From Mobula hypostoma (lineage: Eukaryota), in the NCBI RefSeq assembly GCF_963921235.1, contig NC_086118.1, forward strand, positions 28,274,001 through 28,338,000: a DNA stretch of 64,000 nt, in the 5' to 3' direction. Made by a program: the position numbers and the translations under genes. This document shows positions 1 to 12,588 of the stretch, piece by piece. The notes under the pieces are model-generated. The model ran no database searches, was not told the origin of the DNA, and was given only the letters and a program-made list of their open reading frames with translations. Position 1 is the stretch's first letter. Each line of letters opens with the position of its first letter.

Positions 1-540
1 TCGATGACAGTGCATTCCACGCACCCACCACTCTGTGTGGAAAAACTTACCTATGACATCCCCCTTGTACCTACTTCCAAGCATCTTAAAATTGTGCCCC
101 CCTTGTGTTAGACTTTTCAGCCCTGAGGAAAAAGCTCCTGGCTATCCACACGATCAATGCCTGTCACCTTCATCAGGTCACCTCTCATACTCTGTCACTC
201 CAAGGAGAAAAAGCCAAGTTCACTCAACCTATTCTTATAAGGCATGCTCTCCAGTCCAGGCAACATCCTAGTAAATCTCATCTGCACTCTCTCTGTAGTA
301 TCCACATCCTTCCTGTAGTCAGGTGACCAGAACTGAACACAGTACTCCAAGTGGGGTCTAACTAACGTCTTGTATAGTTTTAACAATACCTCATGGCTCT
401 TGAACTCAATCCCATGGTTGATGAAGGCCATCACACCTTGCTCCTTCTTTACAATACTGTCAACCTGCGCAGCAGCTTTAAGTGTCCTATGGACATGGAC
501 CTGAGGATTTCCCTGATCTTCCACACTGCCAAGAGTCTTA
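1..540 (-). mobile_element. CR1-clade (HER-like) LINE, 3' ORF2 fragment
   Basis: ORF 195-524 reads LYKTLVRPHLEYCVQFWSP...ERVQMRFTRMLPGLE, the typical CR1 post-RT region; RVVGAWNAL-like motif near the window start. Confidence 0.9.
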
Positions 541-1668
541 CCATTAATATTATATTCAAAATTCTCTTAAATTTTATTCACTTTTCTCTCAGTATCCAGG
601 AAAAGACTCCAGTGACCTTCCATCAGCACTTCCTGAAAACAGCAACACTGGTTCACCAAAACTAAACCAGACAGATTATTCTGGAAGAGGTGGGAATTAT
701 CCATTATTTGGTTATTTCACAAGTTCAATGTCTTTCATCAAGAACATAAGAAATCAGGGAATTGAATATTACAAATTATATGAGGAAACAAAGCAATGGG
801 TTTAGCAACTTAAACATGGAAACAGCTAAAATTGTTCCTAATGCAGTGATTTAGTAAAGCTTTTATCCTTCTCAAGTACATATGATATGATTAATCTAGT
901 CCATTGCCATTTGATAAATGATTTTTCTTGCAGAGTCAAGTCTTTAGTATATTTAATGACTGATCAGTTATGGAAAGTGACATCAGTTCCTGAGAAGCTG
1001 AAGAATTTTGCTTTAATATTATACTGGACTTTCCAATGAGGCAGCAATTACAGTGCCAGCGCTATTTTCCTTCAATGCCTCTAGCAATGGTGTTCAGCTC
1101 AGTAAGCAGTGTGGCTTAGCAGCTGCTAGCATTTGTGAGAAAATTGAATGTGGCCAGAAAGAATCCTGATCTGTGTTTCATAAGTATGCTGATACTTGGC
1201 AGGATTACCTTTTGCTGTGGTTTTAAGATGATCTGGCTCTTGAAAAAAGTTGCAAGCTGCTGTTTAGACTCTGAGATGCCAAGCTGTTTAATCAGTTTCT
1301 AAATCTGAAATTCATTGCAAAAAAGGCTTGTGTTGCACTGAGATCTGTTAAAAGATTTCCAGAGTTAGTTTGTTGCAAAGCAGGTTCTATCTTTGAAAAC
1401 TGGTGCATACTACCCAGCAGGACATTGCAAACTCATTAAACTTTTCAAACTCACAATGTAATATTGATTCTGTTCTACAATTGTTACTAAACCAATGCAT
1501 TTGAGTATAGAGAAAATACCATTTGATTGGGTAAAATAATAAAAATCCAATTAATTTGAATTATTGCACAAGATGTAAATTGGTTATCATGGATAATTTC
1601 CTCTGAAATGTATACTCTTTAGCCAGATGCCAATGTTTATAGCCTTTGACTATCAATTAGAGTATTGA

Positions 1669-1858
1669 ATTTAAAAATGCAAACACGAGGGAATCTGCAG
1701 ATGCTGGAAATTCAAGCAACACACCCAAAACGCTGGTGGAAAGCAGCAGGCCAGGCAGCATCTATTGGAAGAGGTACATCTAGGCCCGAAATGTTGACTG
1801 TACCTCTTCCAACAGATGCTGCCTGGCCTGTTGCATTCCACCAGCGTTTTGGGTGTGT
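1669..1858. mobile_element. Penelope-derived fold-back mini-element (inverted pLTR ends)
   Basis: ~58-bp inverted arms (acacccaaaacgctggtgga...gaggtaca / tgtacctc...ttttgggtgt); TSD-like aattagagtattga 1655-1668 and aattagaatattga 1859-1872. Confidence 0.85.
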
Positions 1859-2211
1859 AATTAGAATATTGACCTCTCTCTCAATATTACCAATAATTTA
1901 TATACTTACAGGAGTTTTTGCACAATAAATAGAAAATATATGTAGTATCTCATGACTATGGTGGTAATCTGGAATTTGTTTAAATTACCTTTGTGGATTG
2001 GAAATAGATTTCCCATATGATTATTTTTCCATCTGTTGACCCAGGTATTCTCTTCTTGTTTCCCTTCTTCTCCCAAATTCTGTCAATGTTGGTGGTATTT
2101 GAATAAACTTGACACATATAAAAGTGATTTTCTCATCTAGTATTCATTTCAATACATAATAGACAAAACTATAAATTACAATAAGAAATTTAAATATACA
2201 TTATATATATA

Positions 2212-2857
2212 TGCACCCTGGTTCATATCTTTACTGTTATGCTGTATGTATTGTATTGCATTTTGGCAGTTCTGTAAGAGTAGTTTGTTCTGTTTTCATG
2301 TTTGTTTGGGTTACTGTTGAAGATAAGAGATGAGAAAAAAATGTGTGCCATCCCATTAGGATGGTCGGATTAAGGGGAGGTTTCTCTGGTGAGGGACACT
2401 AATGTTGGGCTTGGAGCTTTTGTTCAAGAGGAGATGAAAAGAGTAGACACTGGGGAGAACCAGTCGTAGCATTCGGTCCAGTGGGAGACTCATTTGTTCG
2501 AGATGGATTGTGAGTGACGTTGAGAAGATGGTGTGTGCTTTCACATTGACCGAGGGCCCAGCGCGTGAGTGACTGAGAAGTTCAAGGTGAGCTCCAACTT
2601 GTGCACATTTGACTGTTTAATTAGAATGGGCCCTTTTCTTTTTTTGTTATTCTTTACTAACCCTTTAGTTGAGATTCATAAATACAGTTCCTTAACTCGT
2701 ATGCAGTATGCTGTCTGTAATTTCATGACATCAATTTGTAACAGGGTAACTGATTACACAGCATCCACACAAACCAGGGTTCGGAGTGGGATCAAGAATG
2801 CCTCAATATCACAAGTCTTCCCTGGATTTAAGCAGCCAAGGAAACCAGGATGTTTCA
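2212..2857. mobile_element. Probable solo LTR (Gypsy-type) inserted in a Rex1 3' UTR
   Basis: TG...CA ends, imperfect terminal inverted repeat (tgcaccctggttc / gaaaccaggatgtttca), TATA on both flanks (2208-2211, 2858-2861), no coding capacity. Confidence 0.55.
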
Positions 2858-2861
2858 TATA

Positions 2862-4440
2862 AAATTAAATGTAGTTCAAAAAGAGAGGGGAGGAAAAGAA
2901 AAGCACGGTGACGTAGTGTATAGGGGTTCATTATCCATTCAGAAATCTGATGTTAGAGGGGAAGAAGATGTTCCTAAAACATGAGAGTGTGTCTTATGCT
3001 CCTGTACTCCTCTCTGATGTATCAATGAGAAGGGGGCATGTCCTGGGTGACGGAGGATGCCACCTTTTTGAATCATCATCTTTTGTAGATGTCCTCAATG
3101 CTGGGGAGGCCGATGCCCATGATGGAGCTGGTTGAGTCTGCAACTTCCTGCAGCTTTTTCTGATCCTCAATACCAGACGGGGATGCAACCAGATACAAGT
3201 TCTCCATGGTACATCTGTAGACCTTTGCAAGTGTCTTTTATGACCTACCAAATCTCCTCAAACTCCTAATGAAATATAGCTGCCTGTGAAAGAAATAATT
3301 CCTATGAAATAAATATGTAATTGCATCAATATGTTGGGCCCAGGATAGATCCTCAGAGAGGCTGACACCCAGAAACTTGAAACTGCTCATCCTTTCCAAT
3401 GCTGATCCCTTGATGAGAACTGATGCATGTTCCTTTGTCTTGCCCTTCCTGAACTCCTCAATTCATTCCTTGATCTTACTGATACTGAGTGATACCACTC
3501 AACCAGCTGATTTATCTCACACCTATATGCTTCATCGTCACCACCTGCCAACAATAGCTGTGTCACCAGCGAATGTACAGATGGCATTTGAGCTGTGCCT
3601 AGCCACTTGGTTGTGGGTGTACAGAGAGCCGAGCAAGTAGAGAAACTCAAGGGTCAGTTGTAGAGAGAGGTACAGAGGCCCAGGTTTTGGAGCTTGTTGG
3701 TTAAGAAGATGTTGAATACTGCATTGTAATCAATAAACAGCAGCCTGATGTAGGTATTGCTGTTCTCCGGGTGATCCAAGGCTGTTTGGAGAGCCAATGA
3801 GATTGCATTTGCTCTAGACATATTGCAGCAATAGCCAAATTGCAGTGAGTCCTGGACCTTGCTTAGGCAGGAGTAGATTATGGTCATGACAAGCATCTCA
3901 AAGCACTTAAACACTGTAGACGTGAGTACAACTGGATGATTGTTGTAGAGGCAGCTCACCCTGCTCTGCTTAAGCACTGGTATGATTGTTGCCCTTCTGA
4001 AGCAAGTGGGAACCTCCAACTGCAACCACGAGAGATTAAACATGTTCTTGAATACACCCACCATTTGGTTGGCACAGGTTTTCAGTGCTGTACCAGGTAA
4101 ACCATCAGTGCCTGACACCTTACGCCCATGAAAGATTTCTGATGACGGCTGCCGAGACAGAGATTACAGGGTCACCAGATGCTGCATGTGCAGCTTTATT
4201 GTCCCTTTCAAAGTATGTATAAAAGGTGTTGCGCTCTTCTGGGAGTGAAGCATCACAGCCAAACGTGATGTTAGGAAGGTAGGAAGTAACGGCCTGCAAA
4301 CCCTCCCAGAGTTTCTGACTCTATCTCTAATTTCAATGCAAATTACTGTCTCACTCTTAAAATAGCATTCCAAAGGTCGTAGTTGAACTCTTTGTTGTGG
4401 ATCACTGATCTTGAATGCCACAGATCTAGTGGCCAGCACA
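2862..4440 (-). mobile_element. Rex1/Babar LINE, decayed RT and 3' region
   Basis: ORF 3654-4118: GTDGLPGTALKTCANQMVGVFKNMFNLS...VPTCFRRATIIPV...IRLLFIDYNAVFN; ORF 3387-3650 DDEAYRCEINQLVEW. Confidence 0.9.
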
Positions 4441-4444
4441 CTAT

Positions 4445-5399
4445 GGCTACGTCCACACTACGCCGGATAATTTTGAAAATGAAACTTTTTCTCTTCGTTT
4501 TGACCCTCTGTCCACACTAAAATGACGTTTTCATCCCCCAAAAACGAAGATTTTCAGAAACAGTCTCCAGAGTGAATAAATCTGAAAACGCCTAATATTC
4601 ATTGCAGTGTGTACGGGCTAACCAGAGCTTTTTAAAACTGCTGTCATAACGTGCCGCTACACATGGCAGCACGGCATTTCATTTTCTTCTTATTATTATT
4701 ATTATTGCTACTTTATTGTCGCCAAACAATTGATACTAGAGCATACAATCATCACAGCGATATTTGATACTGCGCTTCACAGAACTGAACAATTTCAGAA
4801 CAGACGGCAACGAGACTGAAGCCAGAAGAGCTAGAAATGTACTCACCAAATACTTTGACCCATAGCTTACTGAATAAACAAGTATACTCACCTTGTCCTG
4901 TTTTCTGTCCTTGCTTGTATAAAGGTGGCTACCTATTTATGCAAGTACCTCTCTGACAATAGATGTGTAACAGCCTAATTTAACATTGTATGGAAATACA
5001 AGATAACACTGATGCAGACATGTTTTATACATTTAACAAGGTACTTTATTAATGCAATTGAGTTCGTCAGTTCTTCAATGTTCGTTGACAGCTGGGTCAT
5101 ACTGACCGTGAACTCCCTGTTGGTTTCCTCTATATGCTCCAGTATTTGTTTTTTTTTTAGTTTTAAGTCCTCCTGCACGGAGCCAAGAGCAATTTCTTTT
5201 AAGTTTTTCTACTCTGTAACTGGAGAAATTCACACTACGTATACCGTTTCCTCTTTGCTTGTTTTCTGTAGATGTGTCCTGCATGTGCCCAGTAGAGGAG
5301 ATTCGCCCAAATATCCGAGTTAGTGTGGACAGAGATATTTTGAAAAACTCTTAGTGTGTACGCCTGTCGTTTTTACTCGAAACCAGCATTTTCAAAATT
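4445..5399. mobile_element. Non-autonomous PIF/Harbinger-like DNA transposon, right TIR truncated
   Basis: Left end ggctacgtccacactacgccggataattttgaaaa; subterminal gtccacacta/tagtgtggac repeats; right end stops at ttttcaaaatt; coiled-coil remnant QEDLKLKKKQILEHIEETNREF (4975-5178, -). Confidence 0.7.
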
Positions 5400-5630
5400 G
5401 GCACTGCAATTTTGTTCTGAGGTCTTCAATTTTATTTTCCAGAGACTATACATTCGCCAACAGGACAGTCGTAAGTGGGGCGGGTGGAGGAGGGGGTCTG
5501 TACGTTTCAGTCATAACTACAGACTGGCTCATCTTCTGCACTTTTATTTTCTTAAAGGGGAACAAAATCTGAATCTGCCATCTGGGGTCCACGGATTTTG
5601 AGGATCAATAGGTTTTTTTAACTGTCTTAA
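5400..5630 (-). mobile_element. 5' part (endonuclease start) of the Rex1 copy at 2862-4440
   Basis: Minus strand reads LANV*SLENKIEDLRTKLQC; homologous to 50990-51210 (+). Confidence 0.75.
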
Positions 5631-5749
5631 AAAGATGTTGTTTACTGAAATACCATTGGCTGTGATTATGGATTTCAGTTGAAATAGTCCTAAACAGGAA
5701 TATTTGATGTTTCTCATCGGTGCTGCATGAGAAGAGTCACCACTTATCC

Positions 5750-5900
5750 ATAAGACCATAAGAACATAATATATCAGAGCAGAATTAGGCCATTTGGCCT
5801 GTTGACTTTGCTTTACCATTCTGTCATGGCTGATCTATCATCCCTCTCAACCCCATTCCCCTGTCTTCTCCCTGTAACTCTTGATGTCCTGACCAATCAA
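5750..5900 (-). mobile_element. CR1/HER LINE (or HE1-type SINE) 3' end
   Basis: Reverse complement of the gatcagccatga...aatggcctaattctgctc tail with short tandem tail repeats. Confidence 0.75.
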
Positions 5901-5929
5901 TATCCCATCAATTCGCAATGATACTTGAG

Positions 5930-6895
5930 AAAGGCAAAAAGATAGATGTAGTTTATATGGACTTTAACAAGGATTTCAACAAGGAAACAGAGAAGACTTG
6001 ACCAAAAGGTTAGGATACAGTTTGACAATCTATATTCAAATTTGACTTGGTGATAGGAGGCAGAGGTGGTGGTGGATGGGTGGGTTGTTATACGTAATTT
6101 ACATAAATGGCTTGAATGAGAATGTAGATGGTCCAATTGGTAAGTTTGCAGGCAACAGAGAAATTGGTGGAGTTGTACATAGAAAGGTTGTCTCAAGGTA
6201 CAGCAGGATATGAATCAATTGGAAAATTGGATGGAACAGCGGCTGATTGAAATTAATCCAGACAATTTGGTGGTAATGCACTTGGGGAAGTCAAATTCTA
6301 GTAGAACGTACGGAATAAATGGCAGGAGTGATGATACGCACAAGGATTTTGAGGTGCATTTCCATAGCTGACTGAAAGCAGTGACACAGCTGGACATGGT
6401 TGTGAAGAAGACCCTTGATATGGGTTGAGGCATTGAGGATATAACTTGGAATGTCGTGTGGCAGCTGTGCAAAACATTGGTTAGACTGCATTTGGAATAT
6501 TGTGCACAATTCTGATCATCAGGAAGGATGTACCAAAAACAGAGAAAGTGCAGAAGTTTAAATCTACAGAGGTTTATAAAATCATGAGGGGCATAGATAG
6601 GATAGAAAGAGACTTTTTCCCAGGAGCAGGGGAGTCTAGAACTGGGTGACATAGGTTTAAAGTGAGATGAAAGAAATAGAAAGGATATCTGAGGGGTAAG
6701 CCTAATTGGACTGAACTGCCAAGAAGTGGTAGAGGCTCTTACAATTACAACATTTAGAAGGCATTTGGATCGGGAGTTAGATAGGAAAGGTACAGGGATC
6801 AAAGCCTAACGAAGGCAAATGGGATAAGCATCATAGCCAGCATGGACAAGGCGGGTCGCGAAGTCCCATTCCTGTGCTGCACTATCCTAAGACTC
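5930..6895 (+). mobile_element. Decayed CR1 LINE (RT to 3' UTR)
   Basis: VVYMDFNKDFNK (DFSKAFDK-like) at ~5950, KFAGN at the FADD position, LVRLHLEYCAQF, 3' UTR. Confidence 0.8.
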
Positions 6896-6999
6896 TCCTT
6901 TCCAGAGCATTTTTTTGTTAATATTTTTGTCCTCTGCCATAGCGAATGAAACAAAAAAGTAGAAGGTAACAAAACAGATTGCAAGAAATACAGATACAG

Positions 7000-8480
7000 A
7001 TTATGAAAAGAAATTTATAAGGGGCAAATAAATGAAGAAATAATATGCAGATTATTTAATTAACAGAAAATAGCATCTTGATTATCCTAAGAAATCAAGT
7101 AAATCAGGGACAGAATCTTAAATTTCACCTAGTTAAAATAACAAGAATGCCCAGGGCTAGATGATTTCCTCAAATGGTTTAAAAGAAATAGTTCAGGAAG
7201 TTAAAGATGCCTTCAGTATAATCTTCCAAAGTTCTCTTGATACAGAATCCATTCCTTTAAACTGGAAATGCATATTCTATTTGCTAGTTAAATAAGGTGA
7301 GAAGTGGATATTATGGATCATCAGCTAAGCATCTGTTTTGGGAAATAACTGGAGATAATACTTAAGGCCAACGATACCAGCCATGAAAATATTCACCTTA
7401 CCAGAGACAGAATGGATCTGTAACAAAGTCAGTCACGCCTAAGAAAATGGAGTTTTTGGTGGATTAAATTACTGGAATGATTAAGTTACAATGTAATGTA
7501 AGGCCTTACATTGTGCTTGCAATTATTCACCATATTTATAAACTGCTGAAGTAGTGGCATAAATAAATGAGATATTGGAAGCAACTTAGATGAAAGTACA
7601 ACATCACAAATGGTTATCAATAGGTTATGCCAAAGGAAAAATCAACTTCAGTGCAAACTATTCAGACTAAAAATGATATATTAGGGTAAATGTCAAAATG
7701 TGGGAAGGTGCAGGTCTGTCCAAACTGACTTAATAATCATGTACTGTGTGTAGATTATTAAAATGGATAGAAAAATGAACCTAAGGGAGTAATTGGAATT
7801 AATATATTACCTCTTCCAATTCTGATGAAAGACTACCAGCCTGAAACATTAACCCAATTTCCCTCTCCACAGTAAGGCAGACCTGCTGAATGTTCCCAAT
7901 ATTTTCTGATTCATTTTAGATTTCTGCAATTGACATTATTTTGCTTTTAGATTAATTGGAACACTAGCCTTTATAACAGAGGACATCAATATGAAGAGAT
8001 AGAAATTAAGCTGCAGCAGTACAAAGCTCTAGATAAGCCACACCTATCATGAATACAGTTCTGGATGTAGCCCCTTAGGAAGGATATATTGGCCTTGTTT
8101 ACCTGAACGATATAAAATCTTACAGAATTAACAGATAATACAACATGGATTGTATTCCCTGTAATTCAGAAGATTAAAAGATGAAATCATTAAGGGGAAC
8201 AAAAATGGCTAGAATGGTTACTATTGATTGATCTGGAGCCTGAGGACTGGCAACAAGACATTCAAATAAATGCTGGCCTTTCAGGAGAAAAGCAGGATAC
8301 ATGTATAGGCAATAGAAATTAAAACCTCGCTTCAAGTGCCAGATGGTTATTTTTGAATCTAAATTTGACAAAATTTTGTATGACAAAAGAAATCTGGAGA
8401 CGAGATGGTTATACATATATTGATCATGATCAATCATGATCTGATGGAATGGTGGAATAAAACTGGGTGGGGTCAAAGGG
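7000..8480 (+). mobile_element. Very old CR1 LINE remnant
   Basis: Degenerate PGLD (gcccagggctagatg), 'ctttagtataatcttccaaagttctcttgatacag'-like segment, 'ggaaggatatattggccttg', CR1 3' UTR near 8430. Confidence 0.6.
7812..7950 (+). mobile_element. Old Penelope pLTR fragment with degenerate hammerhead core
   Basis: ttCTGATGAaagactaccagcctGAAAcattaac followed by gacctgctgaatgttcccaatattttctg. Confidence 0.65.
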
Positions 8481-8489
8481 AGAGTGTGG

Positions 8490-9389
8490 TGTTATGTACC
8501 CCGTAACTGGGTTGCCAAACCAGCAGAAATGGGTCACTCAGTTGGAGTCTGGATTACTAGAACTAAGAAAGTTTTATTAAAGAAACAAGCAACACAGTAC
8601 CCTAACCAAAAGGATAATAAATGCAACAGTTCAGCAATGATAAACACCCATGTACACAGAATTAGGATACAGGATCAATCAAGCTCTATCGTCGTCTAAG
8701 GGTAAATGACCAGTTTCAAAGTGACGCAAAGTTCAGTTCAATTTAGTTCAGTTCAGTTCGCAGTAATCACTGCCGTGGGAGATAGATAGTGGGGGGAAGG
8801 AGAGAGAGAGCAAAACGAATGAATATTCAAACGGCTTCCACACAGACCTTCGATATTCTTCGCAGTCAGCTTTCGGGCGAGCCCTTTGTGATGTCTTCTG
8901 AGGTCACCGACCATGACCCCTCCGTTTCCAGATACGATCGTTTCTCTGACGTGAACCTGGCACCCAGGCAAGGGTGGACACACACCAGGTTCCCGCTGAT
9001 CGTGCCTTTCCACCCTGTGCGTCTATGGCTTGGTCCCACGACCAGCCCTCCAAAACTTCCCACCGACTTATGGGAGGCGCACCGCTTCCAGGGTCTCGTT
9101 ACCTTGTGGTGTCGTGTGTGTCTTGCCTTAGCGAACCTGTCCCTTTTTATCCCCCTGCTGGGGTATCGCCTGTCCATCACTTCAAACAGTTCAGGGTTCA
9201 AAAGGGGAGCTGATCTTGACAACTTTCCTTCCGTTAAACTCTCCCGTCCCTTCATTAACATCTCCAAATGCTGCTCCATTGTTTTCCTTATCTCTCTTTC
9301 TCCTGAAGATAGGGGGCAGACCAACTGCTGATCCCACTGGTGCTAGCACAGGACGGCTAACATCTTAATCTATGTGTATTCTTGTCACA
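8490..9389 (-). mobile_element. Solo LTR (Gypsy-type), 900 bp
   Basis: TGTTATG...TGTCACA ends; exact 4-bp TSD GTGG (8486-8489, 9390-9393); AATAAA on the minus strand near 8575; CpG-rich relative to flanks. Confidence 0.85.
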
Positions 9390-9429
9390 GTGGTAAATGG
9401 TCTAACAGGTGGTTAGAAGTATACACATC

Positions 9430-10320
9430 TTTCCCTTCCCTCCTTAACTTCCCGCTTTCTGCAGGGATTGCTCCCTATGTGACTCCCTTGTCCATTCATC
9501 CCTCCCCACTGATCTTCTTCCTGGCAATTATCCTTACAAGTGGAATAAGTGCCATACCTGCCCAACGATTCAGGGCCCCAAACAATCCTTCCAAGTGGGG
9601 TGATACTTCACCTGTGAGTCTGTTAGAGTTATCTAATCTATCCGATGCTCCCAGTGTGGCCACCTGTTTATTGGTGAGACCCAGCATAGGTAGGGAGACC
9701 ACAGCATCAAGCACCTATGTCAGTAAAAGCGGGATCTCCTAGTGACACCCATTTCAATTCTACTTCCCACCCCCATTTCAACATGTCAGTCCATGGCCTC
9801 CCCTACTGCTACAATGAAGCCACACTCAGGTTGAGGAGCAACTACATATATTCCATCTGGGTAGCCTCCAACCAGATGGCATGATGAACATAGATTTCTC
9901 AAACTTCCTGTAATTCACTCTCCCCCACCATTCCCCATTCCCATTTCCCTTTCTCACCTCATCTCCTTACCTGTCCATCACCTCCCTCTGGTGCTCCTCC
10001 CCTTTCCCTTTCTTCTATGATCTTCTACCCTCTCCTATCAGATTCCCTCTTCTCCAGCCCTTTATTTCTTTCACCTCAGCTTCCCAGTTCTTTACTTCAC
10101 CCTCCTCCTCCTAGTTTCACCTATCACATACAACTTTGTACATCTTCCTCCCCTCCCCCCTGCATCTTCTTGCTGTGACTTCTCATCTCTTTTTCCAGTC
10201 CTGATGAAGGAGCTCGTCACAAAGCGTGATGGATTACTCTTTTGCATAGATGCTGCCCGGCCTGCTGAGTTCCTCCAGCATTTTGTGGGTGTTGCTCTGG
10301 ATTCCCTGCATCTGCAGAAA
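9430..10320 (+). mobile_element. Penelope-like element, 3' part (GIY-YIG and pLTR)
   Basis: Degenerate VI-x-x-I-R-C-S-Q-C-G-x-L-F-I-G-E-T at ~9628-9680; HLGSLQPDGM; tail with ctgatga and gatgctgcccggcctgctgagttcctccagc. Confidence 0.85.
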
Positions 10321-11196
10321 TATGTTTGCTAGGCTGCAGAGAAAGCACCAGAGTTGCTCTGATAAAGAGCCACCACGGTCATTATGGGCCAAATGGTATT
10401 TCATCTGGTAACCATTCTATGATTGGAGGGGGGCAGAAAAAAAAAACCCTGGCTACATTTACATCCCATGAAATTTTCCTTTAACCTGCACTCCTGAAGG
10501 AGGCTGGCGATAATAACAAATAGATAAAGCCCAACCCAAATGATGAGTTCACTGACCTTCACCCTTACAGAGAGAATTTATTCAAACAATTCCAGTTTAT
10601 CATAGAAATCAGCTGTTCCACCTTGTCCAAAACATCTGGAAAGCAATACAATTGCTATTGAACAATTCAGTAAATATAATTGTTTTTTAAAGTAACATAT
10701 TTGAGAGATTACACAGTCAATATCTTTACTGCAAAGTGAAATCCCTGCAACAGTAAGATTTAAAATGTTTTAAATAACATTTCTCCAACTGAAATATTAT
10801 ACATACTTGGCAACATTTTTATCTCTGGAACAAATACTTAGAAAATCTTAAGGAGTTAAGGAATCCTTGCAGCAATCTTATAATTACATTTTTAAAATAA
10901 TTATTGATTTTCATTTGGTTCTATCCAAAACACATTATCTTAAATCTATACAATGCACATTATGAAGTTGTGAGGCATGAATCAGCTAAGGTAGAATACG
11001 AAACTAGATTAAAAGCTATAAAAATAAACAAGATATAACTAATATTTAAAGGATTAATACACAGATTGAAACACATTTATATCCCTTTAAATCATATAAA
11101 TTGTACAGGGTAAGTGTTTCAGCCGTGGTAGAAGAAAAATTTTTTTTAGAATAAACAGCAATGTTGATATTATTCTAAAAATTAGTTGTAAACTGG

Positions 11197-11430
11197 AGAA
11201 CATAGAACAATAGAAATCTACAGCACACTACAGGCCCTTCAACCCACAATGTTGTGCTGACCATGTAACCAACTCTAGAAACTGCCTAGAATTTCACTAG
11301 CGCATAGCCCTGTATTTTTGTAAGCTCCATGTACCTATCTAAGAGGCTCTTAAAAGACTTCATTGTATTCGCTTCCACCACTGCAGTCGGCACTGCATTC
11401 CACACACCCACCACTCTCTGCGTGAAAACT
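11197..11430 (-). mobile_element. CR1/HER LINE 3' fragment
   Basis: FTQRVVGVWNAVPTAVVEANTMKSFKSLLDRYM in ORF 11286-11540; tail repeats. Confidence 0.85.
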
Positions 11431-11479
11431 TGGAAAATGTCAGAATTCAGCAAGGGTAGTTTGCAGGTGAAGGGGAGGA

Positions 11480-12588
11480 AGTCAGCAATAAGCAAGTAGG
11501 AGTCAGAATTTAAGAGAACTGAATAGAAGCATAAAACCATAGGCTTATAAAAAGAAAGAAGATAAACAAAAAATAATATGGATCCCTTACAGACTCAGAA
11601 AGGAATGAGGAATGATGAGTAATGAGGAACTGGTAGACAAATTAAACAGATATTTTCTGTTGATCTTCATGGAGGAAGGCACATAAAGTTTCTTTGAAAT
11701 AGTAGCGAGTAAGAAGGTAAGAGTGAATAATAAGCTTGAACAAATCAGTGGTAATTTTTAACAATAATAGAGAAATTAATGTGTCTGAAAACTAGTGAAT
11801 CCATATGATGTGATGTCATACATCTCAGTATTTCAGAATTAACTATGAAAATAGGAGATGTACTGGTTGGGACCTTTCACCAATCCAAAGTACAGGTGTC
11901 GCAGATAAGAAAGCGAATGAATCCCTACTGTTTAAGAAGAGAGAGCAGGAGAGAGAGAAAACAGACATTGGTCTGATGTCAGTATTAGGGAAAGTACTTA
12001 AATCTATTATTAAAGAAATGGTAAAAAAAAAAGAGCCTTGAAAACAACAGTAGATTTTGGCTAAGTCAACATAGATTTGTAAAAGAGAATTTATGTTTGG
12101 TAAATTCAGTAGAGCTTTTTGAGGTTATAATTAGCAGAGCAAGTAAGGAGGAATCAGTGGATATGAAGTATTTGGACATCCAGTAGATCTTCAATAAGGC
12201 ACCGCACAGGTTTATTATCATGGTAGGTTAATTAGCAGAAATTAATGAGTAACAATAAAATTATTTTGTCAGGTTGGGAAGCTGTGACTGGTTGTGATTG
12301 TTGCAAGGATCCCAATTGTTCACAATCTATAACATTGATTTGATTGAAGCGACCACATGTCTAAGTTTGCTGATGATACACAGATAGGCAGATGTGTTGG
12401 CTATTGGGAGGGTACAGGGAGACTTTGGAAGATTTGGAGGTTGAGTGAAAGTGCAAGAACCTCGCAGATGGAAGATAATATGGAACATTATGGGATTGTC
12501 TTAGTACATAGAACAGAGAAGTAGGGAATTTTGTTTGAAAAAATGTTGGCCTTCAGAGGGACCTGAGTGTCTATTCATAAATCACTGA
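11480..12588 (+). mobile_element. Old CR1 LINE, 5' piece (interrupted by L1)
   Basis: SKFADDT (tctaagtttgctgatgataca ~12360); QRDLSV at the junction. Confidence 0.8.

Noticed and set aside
1085..1230. Possible LF-SINE-like remnant
   Set aside because: Too diverged to support by eye.
8753..9331. Overlapping ORFs of 86-180 aa
   Set aside because: They lie inside a GC-richer solo LTR and show no gag, pol or env motifs.
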